Source of the DNA: a virus
Taxonomy: Duplodnaviria; Caudoviricetes
Virus record (IMG/VR): IMGVR_UViG_3300005077_000023
Location: 1 to 55,782 of that record
Direction: 5' to 3' (one strand)
DNA: 55,782 nt
Shown here: positions 1 through 8,620 of the stretch, piece by piece
Numbering within the stretch: the first letter of the stretch is position 1
Layout: the number at the start of each line of letters is the position of its first letter
Notes under the pieces: model-generated
Told to the model about the DNA's origin: nothing
The model's input: only the letters and a program-made list of their open reading frames with translations
Database searches by the model: none
Translations under genes and position numbers: made by a program

Positions 1-237
1 ACCCCTCCAATCAACTTGATTTTTAACTATACGAATAAAATCTTCAGACAATATTTGATAACGAGAAATACGATACCAATTAACTTCATTTTGAAATTCA
101 AAAATAAAATCTTCTGATAATTTTTTAGCTTCAGAAATATGATACCAGTCAACATTATTTTTAAAATCTTCAATTTTACAATTTAAATTTAATTCAATAA
201 TTAGATTTTTAATTTCTTGTTTAATAGATTCTTTCAT
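1..237 (-). CDS. Tryptophan-repeat protein, partial (runs off the window)
   Basis: ATG at 237 on the minus strand, open to position 1: MKESIKQEIKNL...VDWYHISEAKKLSEDFIFEFQNEVNWYRISRYQILSEDFIRIVKNQVDW, with repeated W..IS....LSEDFI units. Not in the ORF track because it has no stop in the window. Confidence 0.7.
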   Translation of the reverse strand, partial: MKESIKQEIKNLIIELNLNCKIEDFKNNVDWYHISEAKKLSEDFIFEFQNEVNWYRISRYQILSEDFIRIVKNQVDWRG

Positions 238-300
238 TTTTTAACCTTTTTTAAAATTGTTAATTTCCATTTGAATTAAATTATCCATCTTTTATTACCT

Positions 301-519
301 TTAAAATTCTATATCTCTTTTATTAATAATTTTAATTTTTCCACAAATCATTTTTAATTCCATCCAACCAAATATAATTGTTTCTCCATTTTGTAATGCT
401 TTTAAATATTTATCTTGATCATTTAATACACTCATATTAAAACATGTACCATCAACTTTTAAAATAAAATTTGAAAAATAATTTAATTTGGTTACTGACA
501 TTTTTTTCCTTTCTTCCAT
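301..519 (-). CDS. Hypothetical protein
   Basis: 72 aa ORF just downstream of a minus-strand sigma70-like promoter. Confidence 0.55.
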   Translation of the reverse strand: MEERKKMSVTKLNYFSNFILKVDGTCFNMSVLNDQDKYLKALQNGETIIFGWMELKMICGKIKIINKRDIEF

Positions 520-528
520 CTACTATAT

Positions 529-556
529 AATATACGAAATTAAAATTAAAAGTCAA
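529..556 (-). promoter_or_regulatory. Sigma70-like promoter
   Basis: Minus strand reads TTGACTTTTAATTTTAATTTCGTATATT, closely resembling the promoters at 3686 and 25715. Confidence 0.65.
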
Positions 557-680
557 TAAATAAATTTTATTAAATTTGTTTGGAACATTTATTTTAATAA
601 ACAGTAAAATTAAAAAATATAAAAAACCTCAATAAAAAAATTTCATTTAAATAATTTATATATTTGGAGTAATAAAATAA

Positions 681-893
681 ATGAAAATAAATAAAAATAA
701 TACTGAAATATTAAAAATACAAAAAAATTTTGTACGAGATAAATTAAATATAATTGTATATGAATGGCATAAAATTGATTCTGAAAATGTAATTGGAGAA
801 GGTATTGATGGTCATACATATCAAGGAAAAATACTAAAAACAAATAATACAATTGATATTATAGTTGATATATCAAGTGGTGTTATGATTTAA
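681..893 (+). CDS. Hypothetical protein
   Basis: 70 aa ORF with GGAG upstream. Confidence 0.6.
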   Translation: MKINKNNTEILKIQKNFVRDKLNIIVYEWHKIDSENVIGEGIDGHTYQGKILKTNNTIDIIVDISSGVMI

Positions 894-903
894 TGGAGGA
901 TTT

Positions 904-1536
904 ATGTTAGTATATGTAGCTGGAAAATATAGTGGAAATGTAACAGAAAATATTGAAATAGCCAAAAAAGTAGCAATTGAATTATGGAGCAAAGGACATT
1001 CAGTTATATGCCCACATACAAATTCAGGATTTTTTGAAAATGGATCATCAATTACATATGATATGTTTCTTAATGGTTATTTAGAAATAATGAGAAGATG
1101 TGATGTAATAATTATGTTAGAAAATTGGAAAGATAGTAAAGGAGCAACAATAGAATATAATTATGCAAAAGAATTAAAAAAACCAATATATTTTTACCCA
1201 TCAATTCCAGATTTACATCCTACTGAAATAAATTGTCCAGAACAATGTAAATCATTTATGGAAATAATAATGAAAATGTATGATGTACATTTAGAAAAAA
1301 ATTCAGATTATTCTCCTGCAAATATATTAGCAACAGGAGAACTTGGATTAGTTACAAGATTATGGGATAAAATTGCAAGACTATTAAATTTATATGGATT
1401 TAGATTTAAAATAGAAAAAGGTACATATGATAAACCAAAAAATCCTAAAAATGAAAGTATAGAAGATACTTTAATGGATAATGCAGTTTATTCTATAATT
1501 GGATTAATATTAAGAACAAATAAATGGGGGAAATAA
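904..1536 (+). CDS. DUF4406 (deoxyribosyltransferase-like) fused to a DUF1599/nucleotide-modification-associated domain
   Basis: N-term YVAGKYSG...CD.I.ML.NW..SKGA.IE...A; C-term KNSDY...GLVTRLWDKIARL...NESIEDTLMD.AVYSII; GGAGG RBS. Confidence 0.7.
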   Translation: MLVYVAGKYSGNVTENIEIAKKVAIELWSKGHSVICPHTNSGFFENGSSITYDMFLNGYLEIMRRCDVIIMLENWKDSKGATIEYNYAKELKKPIYFYPSIPDLHPTEINCPEQCKSFMEIIMKMYDVHLEKNSDYSPANILATGELGLVTRLWDKIARLLNLYGFRFKIEKGTYDKPKNPKNESIEDTLMDNAVYSIIGLILRTNKWGK

Positions 1537-2024
1537 AAATAAATCATTATATAACTGCAATTCCATATAATTATTTATCAAATAAAAATTTTATACAATC
1601 AATAACAAAAAATTTTTTATTAATTTCTATATTATCTCCCGAATATAATAATTTTGAAATGATAAATACTGAATATTGTATTGATATTTTAAGTTTAAGA
1701 TTTCATGATATTGTAAATAATGAAATAAGAACATTATATGTTGGAAATAACAAATGTGAAATAAAAAAAATATCAAATTCTGATGTTATTTCCATAATAA
1801 CTTTTATAAATAAATATAAAGATACATATAATGAATGGTTAATTCATTGTGAAGCTGGAATGAGTAGATCAACTGCAGTTGCATTAGCAATATCACAAAT
1901 ACTCAATGGATATAATAATTATGATACATTTATCCAATCAGTGTATGGATTACAACATCATAATGTTGAAATTAAAAATAAAATATTAGATGGTTGGAAT
2001 GAATATAATAAAAAAATATTATAA
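1524..2024 (+). CDS. Protein-tyrosine/dual-specificity phosphatase family protein
   Basis: CX5R motif IHCEAGMSRSTAVA and upstream FHD acid loop. Confidence 0.75.
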   Translation: MGEIKINHYITAIPYNYLSNKNFIQSITKNFLLISILSPEYNNFEMINTEYCIDILSLRFHDIVNNEIRTLYVGNNKCEIKKISNSDVISIITFINKYKDTYNEWLIHCEAGMSRSTAVALAISQILNGYNNYDTFIQSVYGLQHHNVEIKNKILDGWNEYNKKIL

Positions 2025-2098
2025 AATAATACATAATTTTTTACTGTTTAAAATTTATTTTTATATTTAATATTAAATTTAACAATAGGAGAAAATTA

Positions 2099-2632
2099 AT
2101 GCATTATACATCATCATATAGTTTAAGCAGTAATGTTAATACAACACTTTCAAAAGAAAATATTATACATTATTCTTTTAAATCAAAAGGTTCAAGTTAT
2201 AATGGATTAAAAAATAAAGTAATTATTTCATATAAAAGCGGAAGTACATTTATTCCATTTGCATCAAACAGTTTTTCAATTTCTGATACTGTTAATTTAT
2301 ATTCATATACTGCATCTCTTAATAAATCTACAGATAGATTAAAAATTGAATTTAGTGGAAGTACATATCTTATTGGAACTGGTTCATTTTCATCTGTTTA
2401 TGTATTATATGATTCTATAACTTTATCTGAAAAAAGTAGTTCTTACAGTGGTTCAAATTTGTTAGTTAATCCTGGATTTGAAAATACAAGTTCAGCATTT
2501 TATTCATGGGAAATTACAAGTTCAGGTTATGCTTGGACTCCAAATGGTATGTTTAATAGTTTAGCTTATACTGGTGTTCAGAAAATTGATGATTCTACTT
2601 CAGCAATGTTTGTAGTATCAAATGAAAAATAA
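2099..2632 (+). CDS. Ser-rich hypothetical protein, possibly virion or carbohydrate-binding
   Basis: GGAG RBS; NLLVNPGFE motif typical of CBM-like beta-sandwiches; SGS repeats like the structural proteins in this window. Confidence 0.5.
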   Translation: MHYTSSYSLSSNVNTTLSKENIIHYSFKSKGSSYNGLKNKVIISYKSGSTFIPFASNSFSISDTVNLYSYTASLNKSTDRLKIEFSGSTYLIGTGSFSSVYVLYDSITLSEKSSSYSGSNLLVNPGFENTSSAFYSWEITSSGYAWTPNGMFNSLAYTGVQKIDDSTSAMFVVSNEK

Positions 2633-2641
2633 AAAATATAT

Positions 2642-2670
2642 TTGTATTAAAAATAAAATATTATTATATT
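2642..2670 (+). promoter_or_regulatory. Sigma70-like promoter
   Basis: TTGTAT-N17-TATATT upstream of the metallophosphoesterase. Confidence 0.45.
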
Positions 2671-2695
2671 TGAAGTAAATATAATAGAGGAAAAA

Positions 2696-3421
2696 ATGAA
2701 TCGTTTATTTTTAACTGGAGATACTCATGGAGAATTAAACCGAATATCATCAAAAAACTTCAAAGAATCAAAAATTTTAGATGAAACTGATGTTATTATT
2801 ATACTTGGTGATTTCGGTTTATTATGGTGGTATCCAGAAAATAAACATTATAAACAAACATTATATAATATAGAATGGTTAAAAACCAAAAAATTTAATA
2901 TTTGTTTTATAGATGGAAATCATGAAAATTTTTATTTATTAAATAAATTACCAGTTATACAAAAATTTGGTTCAGAAGTTGGTTATATATCTGATAATAT
3001 ATTTCATTTAAAACGAGGCAATGTTTATAACATAAATGATTATAAAATATTAACAATTGGTGGTGCATTATCAATTGATCGTAATAATAGACAATTAAAT
3101 GTATCATATTGGAATGAAGAATTATTATCAAATACAGAAATAGAAAAAATTTTAAATTTAATTGAATATGATAATATCTTTGATTTAATATTAACACATA
3201 CTGCTCCATTAAGTATTATTAAACAAATGTTTGAATATCCATTAACAGAAAAAGTAAACGATTCAACCACTAAATTTTTAGATCATATAAAAAATAATAT
3301 TAAATTTAAAAAATGGTATTTTGGTCATTTTCACGAAAATTGTGTATTTGAAAACTATACTTGTTTATATAAAAATATAATTGAAATAAATAGAGAACAT
3401 AATGAAACTTATTTTAAATAA
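2696..3421 (+). CDS. Calcineurin-like metallophosphoesterase
   Basis: GDTHG, GDFG, DGNHE, THT and GHFH motifs. Confidence 0.85.
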   Translation: MNRLFLTGDTHGELNRISSKNFKESKILDETDVIIILGDFGLLWWYPENKHYKQTLYNIEWLKTKKFNICFIDGNHENFYLLNKLPVIQKFGSEVGYISDNIFHLKRGNVYNINDYKILTIGGALSIDRNNRQLNVSYWNEELLSNTEIEKILNLIEYDNIFDLILTHTAPLSIIKQMFEYPLTEKVNDSTTKFLDHIKNNIKFKKWYFGHFHENCVFENYTCLYKNIIEINREHNETYFK

Positions 3422-3674
3422 TATTCAAATTGAAATATTAACATTAATGTTAAATGATTGGATAATATATGAAACAATAAATACATCTAAATATTGCTGG
3501 ATACAAAAAAATTCAGAAAGAAAAATGATAGATAAAAATGATGTAAATATATTATATAAAAATAAAATAATTTTATGGAATTGTGGTTTTCCAACTGGAC
3601 ATTATAAATTAAATCCAGAAAAAAATATCAATAAAATAATTAATACTGCCAATAAAAAAAATCAAAATAAATAA
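3402..3674 (+). CDS. Hypothetical protein
   Basis: 90 aa ORF overlapping the end of the previous gene. Confidence 0.55.
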   Translation: MKLILNNIQIEILTLMLNDWIIYETINTSKYCWIQKNSERKMIDKNDVNILYKNKIILWNCGFPTGHYKLNPEKNINKIINTANKKNQNK

Positions 3675-3685
3675 TATTTTAATAC

Positions 3686-3715
3686 TTGATTTTTATATTT
3701 TTATTTCGTATATTA
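3686..3715 (+). promoter_or_regulatory. Sigma70-like promoter, identical to the 30-bp copy at 25715
   Basis: TTGATTTTTATATTTTTATTTCGTATATTA (TTGATT-N17-TATATT). Confidence 0.7.
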
Positions 3716-3741
3716 TAATGTAGTAAATTAGGATAAAAATA

Positions 3742-4899
3742 ATGTTAGAAATTCAAAAATATTTAAAATCAAATACAATTGAATCATTAACCAAACATCC
3801 ATATAATTTACATGTTAGTTCAACTAAAGATTTAATTTTATTTAAATACAATCAAATAGAATCTGATTTTTCCTTGCAAATTGTGCAGGAATCACGAGGA
3901 ATTATTTTAGATAAAACAACATTTGAAATTATATGTAATCCATTTTTCAAATTTTGGAATCTTGGAGAAACTCATGCATATAATAATATTAATTTAAAAA
4001 ACTCTATAATTATGGAAAAGAGTGATGGCTCAATTATAAAAGTATATTTTTATAAAAATGAATGGCATATTGCAACCAATGGAACAATAAATGCAGTTGA
4101 TGCTGAAATAAGTAATACAAATTTTTTTCAATTATTTATTGATGTAATTCCAAATTATAAAGAACTATTTACAAATTTTGATAAAAAAAATACATATATT
4201 TTTGAATTAATTCATCCAGTTTCTCAGATAGTAGTTGATTATAAAAATAAAAAAGAATTAGTTCTTATAGGAATTAGATCAAATGATATTAATAATATGA
4301 TAGATTATAATATATTTCATAATTCTATTAAATTAAAATATGAAAAAATATTTTTAAATTTTCCTATTAGATTTCCAAAAATTTATACATTTAATAATGA
4401 TATTTCAGAATTATCAAATTATGCAGATAAAATAAATAAATCTGGAAATGAATTTGAAGGTTTTGTAGTTACTGAAATAAATGATTATAAAGTTACAGGT
4501 AGAGTAAAAATAAAATCTTCACAATATTTAATATTACATCGATTATGTACTGGAGATAAAGTAGAAACAAATCTGGTTGATGTGTTATTAAATGGAAATA
4601 CTGATGAATTTGAAGTATATATAAATAAATTTCCAGTAAATACATCCATTCAATATTTTAAATTAAAACAATCTTTTAATGAATTTTATAGATATATATC
4701 AGATAGTTATGAAATTTATAAAGATATGGCAAATAAAATTAGTAGAAAAGAATTGGCATTAAATGTTATATCTCACAATAAAAATATATCTTCATTTATA
4801 TTTACTTTAATAGATTATCCAAATACTACTATTATGGATGTATTAAAAAAATTAGGATCAAAAAAATTAAAAGAAATTTTATTAAATAGGATAAAATAA
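3742..4899 (+). CDS. T4 Rnl1-like ATP-dependent RNA ligase
   Basis: ESRGIIL, PFFKFWN, motif I EKSDGS, FEL, motif IV EGFVV, motif V VKIKS. Confidence 0.85.
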   Translation: MLEIQKYLKSNTIESLTKHPYNLHVSSTKDLILFKYNQIESDFSLQIVQESRGIILDKTTFEIICNPFFKFWNLGETHAYNNINLKNSIIMEKSDGSIIKVYFYKNEWHIATNGTINAVDAEISNTNFFQLFIDVIPNYKELFTNFDKKNTYIFELIHPVSQIVVDYKNKKELVLIGIRSNDINNMIDYNIFHNSIKLKYEKIFLNFPIRFPKIYTFNNDISELSNYADKINKSGNEFEGFVVTEINDYKVTGRVKIKSSQYLILHRLCTGDKVETNLVDVLLNGNTDEFEVYINKFPVNTSIQYFKLKQSFNEFYRYISDSYEIYKDMANKISRKELALNVISHNKNISSFIFTLIDYPNTTIMDVLKKLGSKKLKEILLNRIK

Positions 4900-5496
4900 A
4901 TGAAAGATACAGAATTAAATTTAAATCAACAAAAATTATCAATGGTAATGGGATTATTAGCATCAATTGAAGATTCAGATTATACCACAAAACATTCATT
5001 ATTAGTTGGAAGATTATGTAAAGGTATTGCAGAAGAATTAAATTTAACTGATACTGAAAAAAAAACTGTTATATGGGCTGGATATTTTCATGATATAGGA
5101 AAAGTAAAAATTGATAAAAATATTATGTTTAAACTTGGAAAACTTTCAGATGATGAATTTGAAGAAATGAGAAAACATTGTCAATATGGTTATGAAATAT
5201 TAAATTTATATGATATGAAAAAAGAAGCAGAATTAGTATTACAACATCATGAAAAATTAGATGGAACTGGTTATCCAAATAAATTAAAAAATGATGAAAT
5301 ACATAAATTGACAAAAATAATTTCTGTTGCTGATGTTTATTCTGCAATGGTCATAGATCGACCATATCAAAAGAAAAAAACATCTGCTCATGCTTTATTA
5401 GAACTATATGGATTATCTGGGAACCATTTTGATATTACTTGTGTTAAAGCACTACATAAAGTATTAATAAAAACAAAAAAAATAAAAATATATTAA
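4900..5496 (+). CDS. Standalone HD-GYP phosphodiesterase (cyclic dinucleotide PDE family)
   Basis: YT.KHS, HDIGK, HHEKLDGTGYP, VADVYSAM..DRPY. Confidence 0.9.
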   Translation: MKDTELNLNQQKLSMVMGLLASIEDSDYTTKHSLLVGRLCKGIAEELNLTDTEKKTVIWAGYFHDIGKVKIDKNIMFKLGKLSDDEFEEMRKHCQYGYEILNLYDMKKEAELVLQHHEKLDGTGYPNKLKNDEIHKLTKIISVADVYSAMVIDRPYQKKKTSAHALLELYGLSGNHFDITCVKALHKVLIKTKKIKIY

Positions 5497-5571
5497 AATT
5501 TTAAAATTTATTTTTTTATATATTTATATTAAGAATTTATATGGCTAAAGAATATTTTTAATATTCAAGTT

Positions 5572-5618
5572 AAAAAGCGACATCAACTGTAAAATATAAT
5601 AATAATTGTCGCTTTTTT
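5572..5618 (+). terminator. Hairpin / possible terminator
   Basis: AAAAAGCGACA-N24-TGTCGCTTTTTT. Confidence 0.45.
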
Positions 5619-5639
5619 ATATAAAAAGGAATATAAAAA

Positions 5640-6146
5640 ATGAATATACAAAATGCTTATTGGATAAAACCGAATGGTCATATTATCGACGTAGGAACAA
5701 CTCATATACGAATGATTTTAGACAATCCTCATCTTTTTAATCTGGATAAACAAGATATCATTAATTTATATAAAAAATATAATGAAAAAATAGGTTTAGA
5801 AGGAGAAGCAAGAGAAGAAATAATGAGAAATTTAATGAGATTGGGATGGATTCGAGTACGATATATGAGAAATAAAGATACTTGGACATTTCAAACTCAA
5901 AATTTAAATAAAAAAGAAAAAGATAATATATATGCATTTATTGAAGATACAATGAAATATAAAATAATGAATAAATATGCTGATGTTACAATATTAATCA
6001 TTCAAGGATCAAGAATAATACAAACATCTGCATTAGAAGCATTAACGAAAATATTTGAACGTAAAAAAAATAAATTTAAAAATCTAATAAATGATCATAA
6101 CATAATATATAAAAAACTAAAAAAAGGAAATATAAAAAATGAATAA
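5640..6146 (+). CDS. Hypothetical phage protein
   Basis: 168 aa ORF containing YWIKPNG...GWIRVR. Confidence 0.65.
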   Translation: MNIQNAYWIKPNGHIIDVGTTHIRMILDNPHLFNLDKQDIINLYKKYNEKIGLEGEAREEIMRNLMRLGWIRVRYMRNKDTWTFQTQNLNKKEKDNIYAFIEDTMKYKIMNKYADVTILIIQGSRIIQTSALEALTKIFERKKNKFKNLINDHNIIYKKLKKGNIKNE

Positions 6147-6369
6147 ATTCATAAAAATAATTAAAGAAGAAATTGAAGTTGATAAAATGTTTAATACATT
6201 TGTATCGGATTTAAAAAAATACGAAGAATTAAAAAATAAAAAAATAAAAAAAATTGATTTTGAAACATGTGTCGATAATTGGGAAAATGAATATAATATA
6301 AGTCCAGCAAAAACGACAAATACATGGAAAAATTTTATTGAATGGTGTTATGAAAATTGGAAATATTAA
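6139..6369 (+). CDS. Hypothetical protein
   Basis: 76 aa, AGGA RBS, N-terminal IIKEEI motif. Confidence 0.6.
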   Translation: MNKFIKIIKEEIEVDKMFNTFVSDLKKYEELKNKKIKKIDFETCVDNWENEYNISPAKTTNTWKNFIEWCYENWKY

Positions 6370-6415
6370 TTATAAAATTAAATTTGATATAGAAAAAATA
6401 TAAAAATATAATAAT

Positions 6416-6488
6416 GCCGCCATAGTTTAAATGGAAAAACAAATTGCTCGTAACAATTTCGATATCAGTTCAAATCTGATTGGTGGCT
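6416..6488 (+). tRNA. tRNA-Thr(CGU)
   Basis: Acceptor GCCGCCA/TGGTGGC; anticodon arm AATTG-CTCGTAA-CAATT; T arm ATCAG-TTCAAAT-CTGAT. Confidence 0.9.
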
Positions 6489-6501
6489 CTTTCTTACAAA
6501 T

Positions 6502-6571
6502 AGTCTCATAGTTTAATGGAAAAACAGAAATTATGAAATCTATGTTCTTGGTTCAAATCCAAGTGGCGGTA
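6502..6571 (+). pseudogene. Degenerate tRNA-like element
   Basis: D arm nearly identical to the upstream tRNA-Thr and an intact T arm CTTGG-TTCAAAT-CCAAG, but the acceptor and anticodon arms pair poorly. Confidence 0.6.
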
Positions 6572-6598
6572 CATATTTAAAATGATATTGGAGGTTAT

Positions 6599-6973
6599 AT
6601 GTATAAAGAAATAATTGAAAATTACGATCTAATTAAAGAATTAAATCTATATGATATAAAAATAGAAAATAATAATATAATTATTAAAATTGAAAATGAA
6701 TTTATTGCAAAAACATTACAGAATAATTTAATTAAATATTTTAACCAAATGTCAAAATTAATAATACAATATAATGCTTATTATTATTGTATGCATAAAG
6801 AATTAACTGAAATTTATAATTTAATTAAAGAATTAAATTTATATGATATAAAAATAGAAAATAATAATATAATTATTAAAACTGAAAATGAATTTATTGC
6901 AAAAATATTGCAAGAAAATTTAACTAAATATTTCAATCAAATGTCTAATTTATTAACATATTATAATAGTTAA
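6599..6973 (+). CDS. Hypothetical protein made of two 64-aa tandem repeats
   Basis: LIKELNLYDIKIENNNIIIK.ENEFIAK.LQ.NL.KYFNQMS occurs twice with a 192-bp period; GGAGG RBS. Confidence 0.7.
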   Translation: MYKEIIENYDLIKELNLYDIKIENNNIIIKIENEFIAKTLQNNLIKYFNQMSKLIIQYNAYYYCMHKELTEIYNLIKELNLYDIKIENNNIIIKTENEFIAKILQENLTKYFNQMSNLLTYYNS

Positions 6974-6980
6974 GTATTAA

Positions 6981-8615
6981 ATGAAAAAAATATTATATAT
7001 AACTCCGCATTTATCAACAGGTGGATTACCACAATATTTATTAAAAAAAATACAATTATTATATAAAGAATATAATATATATGTAATTGAATATTCTTTT
7101 ATATCTCCAACTTATGTTATCCAAAGAAATAAAATAAAACAAATATTAAAAAATAATTTTTATTCATTATCTAATAATAAAAATGAAATATTAGAAATAA
7201 TAAAAAAAATAAATCCAGATATAATTCATTTTGAAGAAATACCAGAATTATTCATGGATCAAAATATAACACAAAATATATATCAAAAAAATAGAAATTA
7301 TATTATATTTGAAACTTCTCATACTATAAATTTTAATCCATCAAATAAAATTTTTATTCCAGATAAATTTATATTTGTATCTGAATTTCAAGCAATACAA
7401 TATAAAAAATATTTAAATATTCAATATGATATTGCTGAATATCCCATTGAATTTCAATCTAATTTGAAAAATAATAAAAATTTTTTTAAAAATAATTCAA
7501 AAAATATAATAATTGTTGGATTATTCACTCCTACAAAAAATCAAGAATATGTATTTAAATTAGCACAAATGTTGGAAAATTATAATATTAAATTTCATTT
7601 TATTGGAAATACTGCTCCAAATTTTGAATTTTATTGGAAAAAATTAATTGATAATCGTCCAGACAATTGTATAATTCATGGAGAACATGATAATATTACT
7701 AATTTTTATAATTCGGCAGATTTATTAATTTTTCCATCTAATAATGAGAATGGAAGATCAGAATGTAATCCTATTGTTATAAAAGAAGCAATTGGACACA
7801 ATTTAAAAATTTTAATGTTTGATCAAGAATCTTATTGGGGAAAATATGATTATAATTCATTAATAAATTTTTTAACTGGAGATATAAATATAGATTCCAT
7901 AAAAATATTAGATTTACTTAATCTTAGAAAAATAAAAATAAAAATTGTACATATGATAACAGATATTAATTCTCAACGTGAAATTGAATCTATTAATCAA
8001 TTAAGACAACTTGGAAAATATGGAATAGAATATATTTTACATATTAATGAACCATATACAAAACCAGCTCCTTCTATAAAATGTTGGAGACCATATTATA
8101 CTAATAAAAAAACTGAACATGGAACATTATTATCTGGTCATTATGGATGTTATTTAGCACATCGTAATGCAATATTAAGTGAGTTTACAATTGATACTGA
8201 TTTATTAATTATTGCAGAAGCAGATTGTAAAATAAAATCATCCTTAAAAGAATTTGTTGATATGATACATTTAGCAGGAAATAATATGAATAAACATGAT
8301 ATTTCATATTTTAGTTTTGGTGATCCACATAATATTGAAACGGGAGAATTATTTTCTCCTATAATTAATAAAATTGATAATTATATGTATATTACAAATA
8401 AAATAACTTGCGCTCATTGTGTAATGTTTAAAAATAAAGATAGAGATTTTATAATTAATTTATTACAAACTGAATATTGGCATGTTGCTGATTTTTGGTA
8501 TAATTTAGTTTTTAATAAATATAATAAAAAAATGGCAATTTTAAATAATGGTATAGCAACACAAAGAGATGGATTCTCATTAATAGACAATGTATATAAA
8601 ACTTATATAAAATAA
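6981..8615 (+). CDS. Glycosyltransferase (GT-B/GT4-like N-term plus a second GT-like domain)
   Basis: PHLSTGGLPQY, GLFTPTKNQ, ADLLIFPS...ECNPIVIKEA; C-term GHYGCYLAH...EAD. Confidence 0.8.
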   Translation: MKKILYITPHLSTGGLPQYLLKKIQLLYKEYNIYVIEYSFISPTYVIQRNKIKQILKNNFYSLSNNKNEILEIIKKINPDIIHFEEIPELFMDQNITQNIYQKNRNYIIFETSHTINFNPSNKIFIPDKFIFVSEFQAIQYKKYLNIQYDIAEYPIEFQSNLKNNKNFFKNNSKNIIIVGLFTPTKNQEYVFKLAQMLENYNIKFHFIGNTAPNFEFYWKKLIDNRPDNCIIHGEHDNITNFYNSADLLIFPSNNENGRSECNPIVIKEAIGHNLKILMFDQESYWGKYDYNSLINFLTGDINIDSIKILDLLNLRKIKIKIVHMITDINSQREIESINQLRQLGKYGIEYILHINEPYTKPAPSIKCWRPYYTNKKTEHGTLLSGHYGCYLAHRNAILSEFTIDTDLLIIAEADCKIKSSLKEFVDMIHLAGNNMNKHDISYFSFGDPHNIETGELFSPIINKIDNYMYITNKITCAHCVMFKNKDRDFIINLLQTEYWHVADFWYNLVFNKYNKKMAILNNGIATQRDGFSLIDNVYKTYIK

Positions 8616-8620
8616 AAAAT

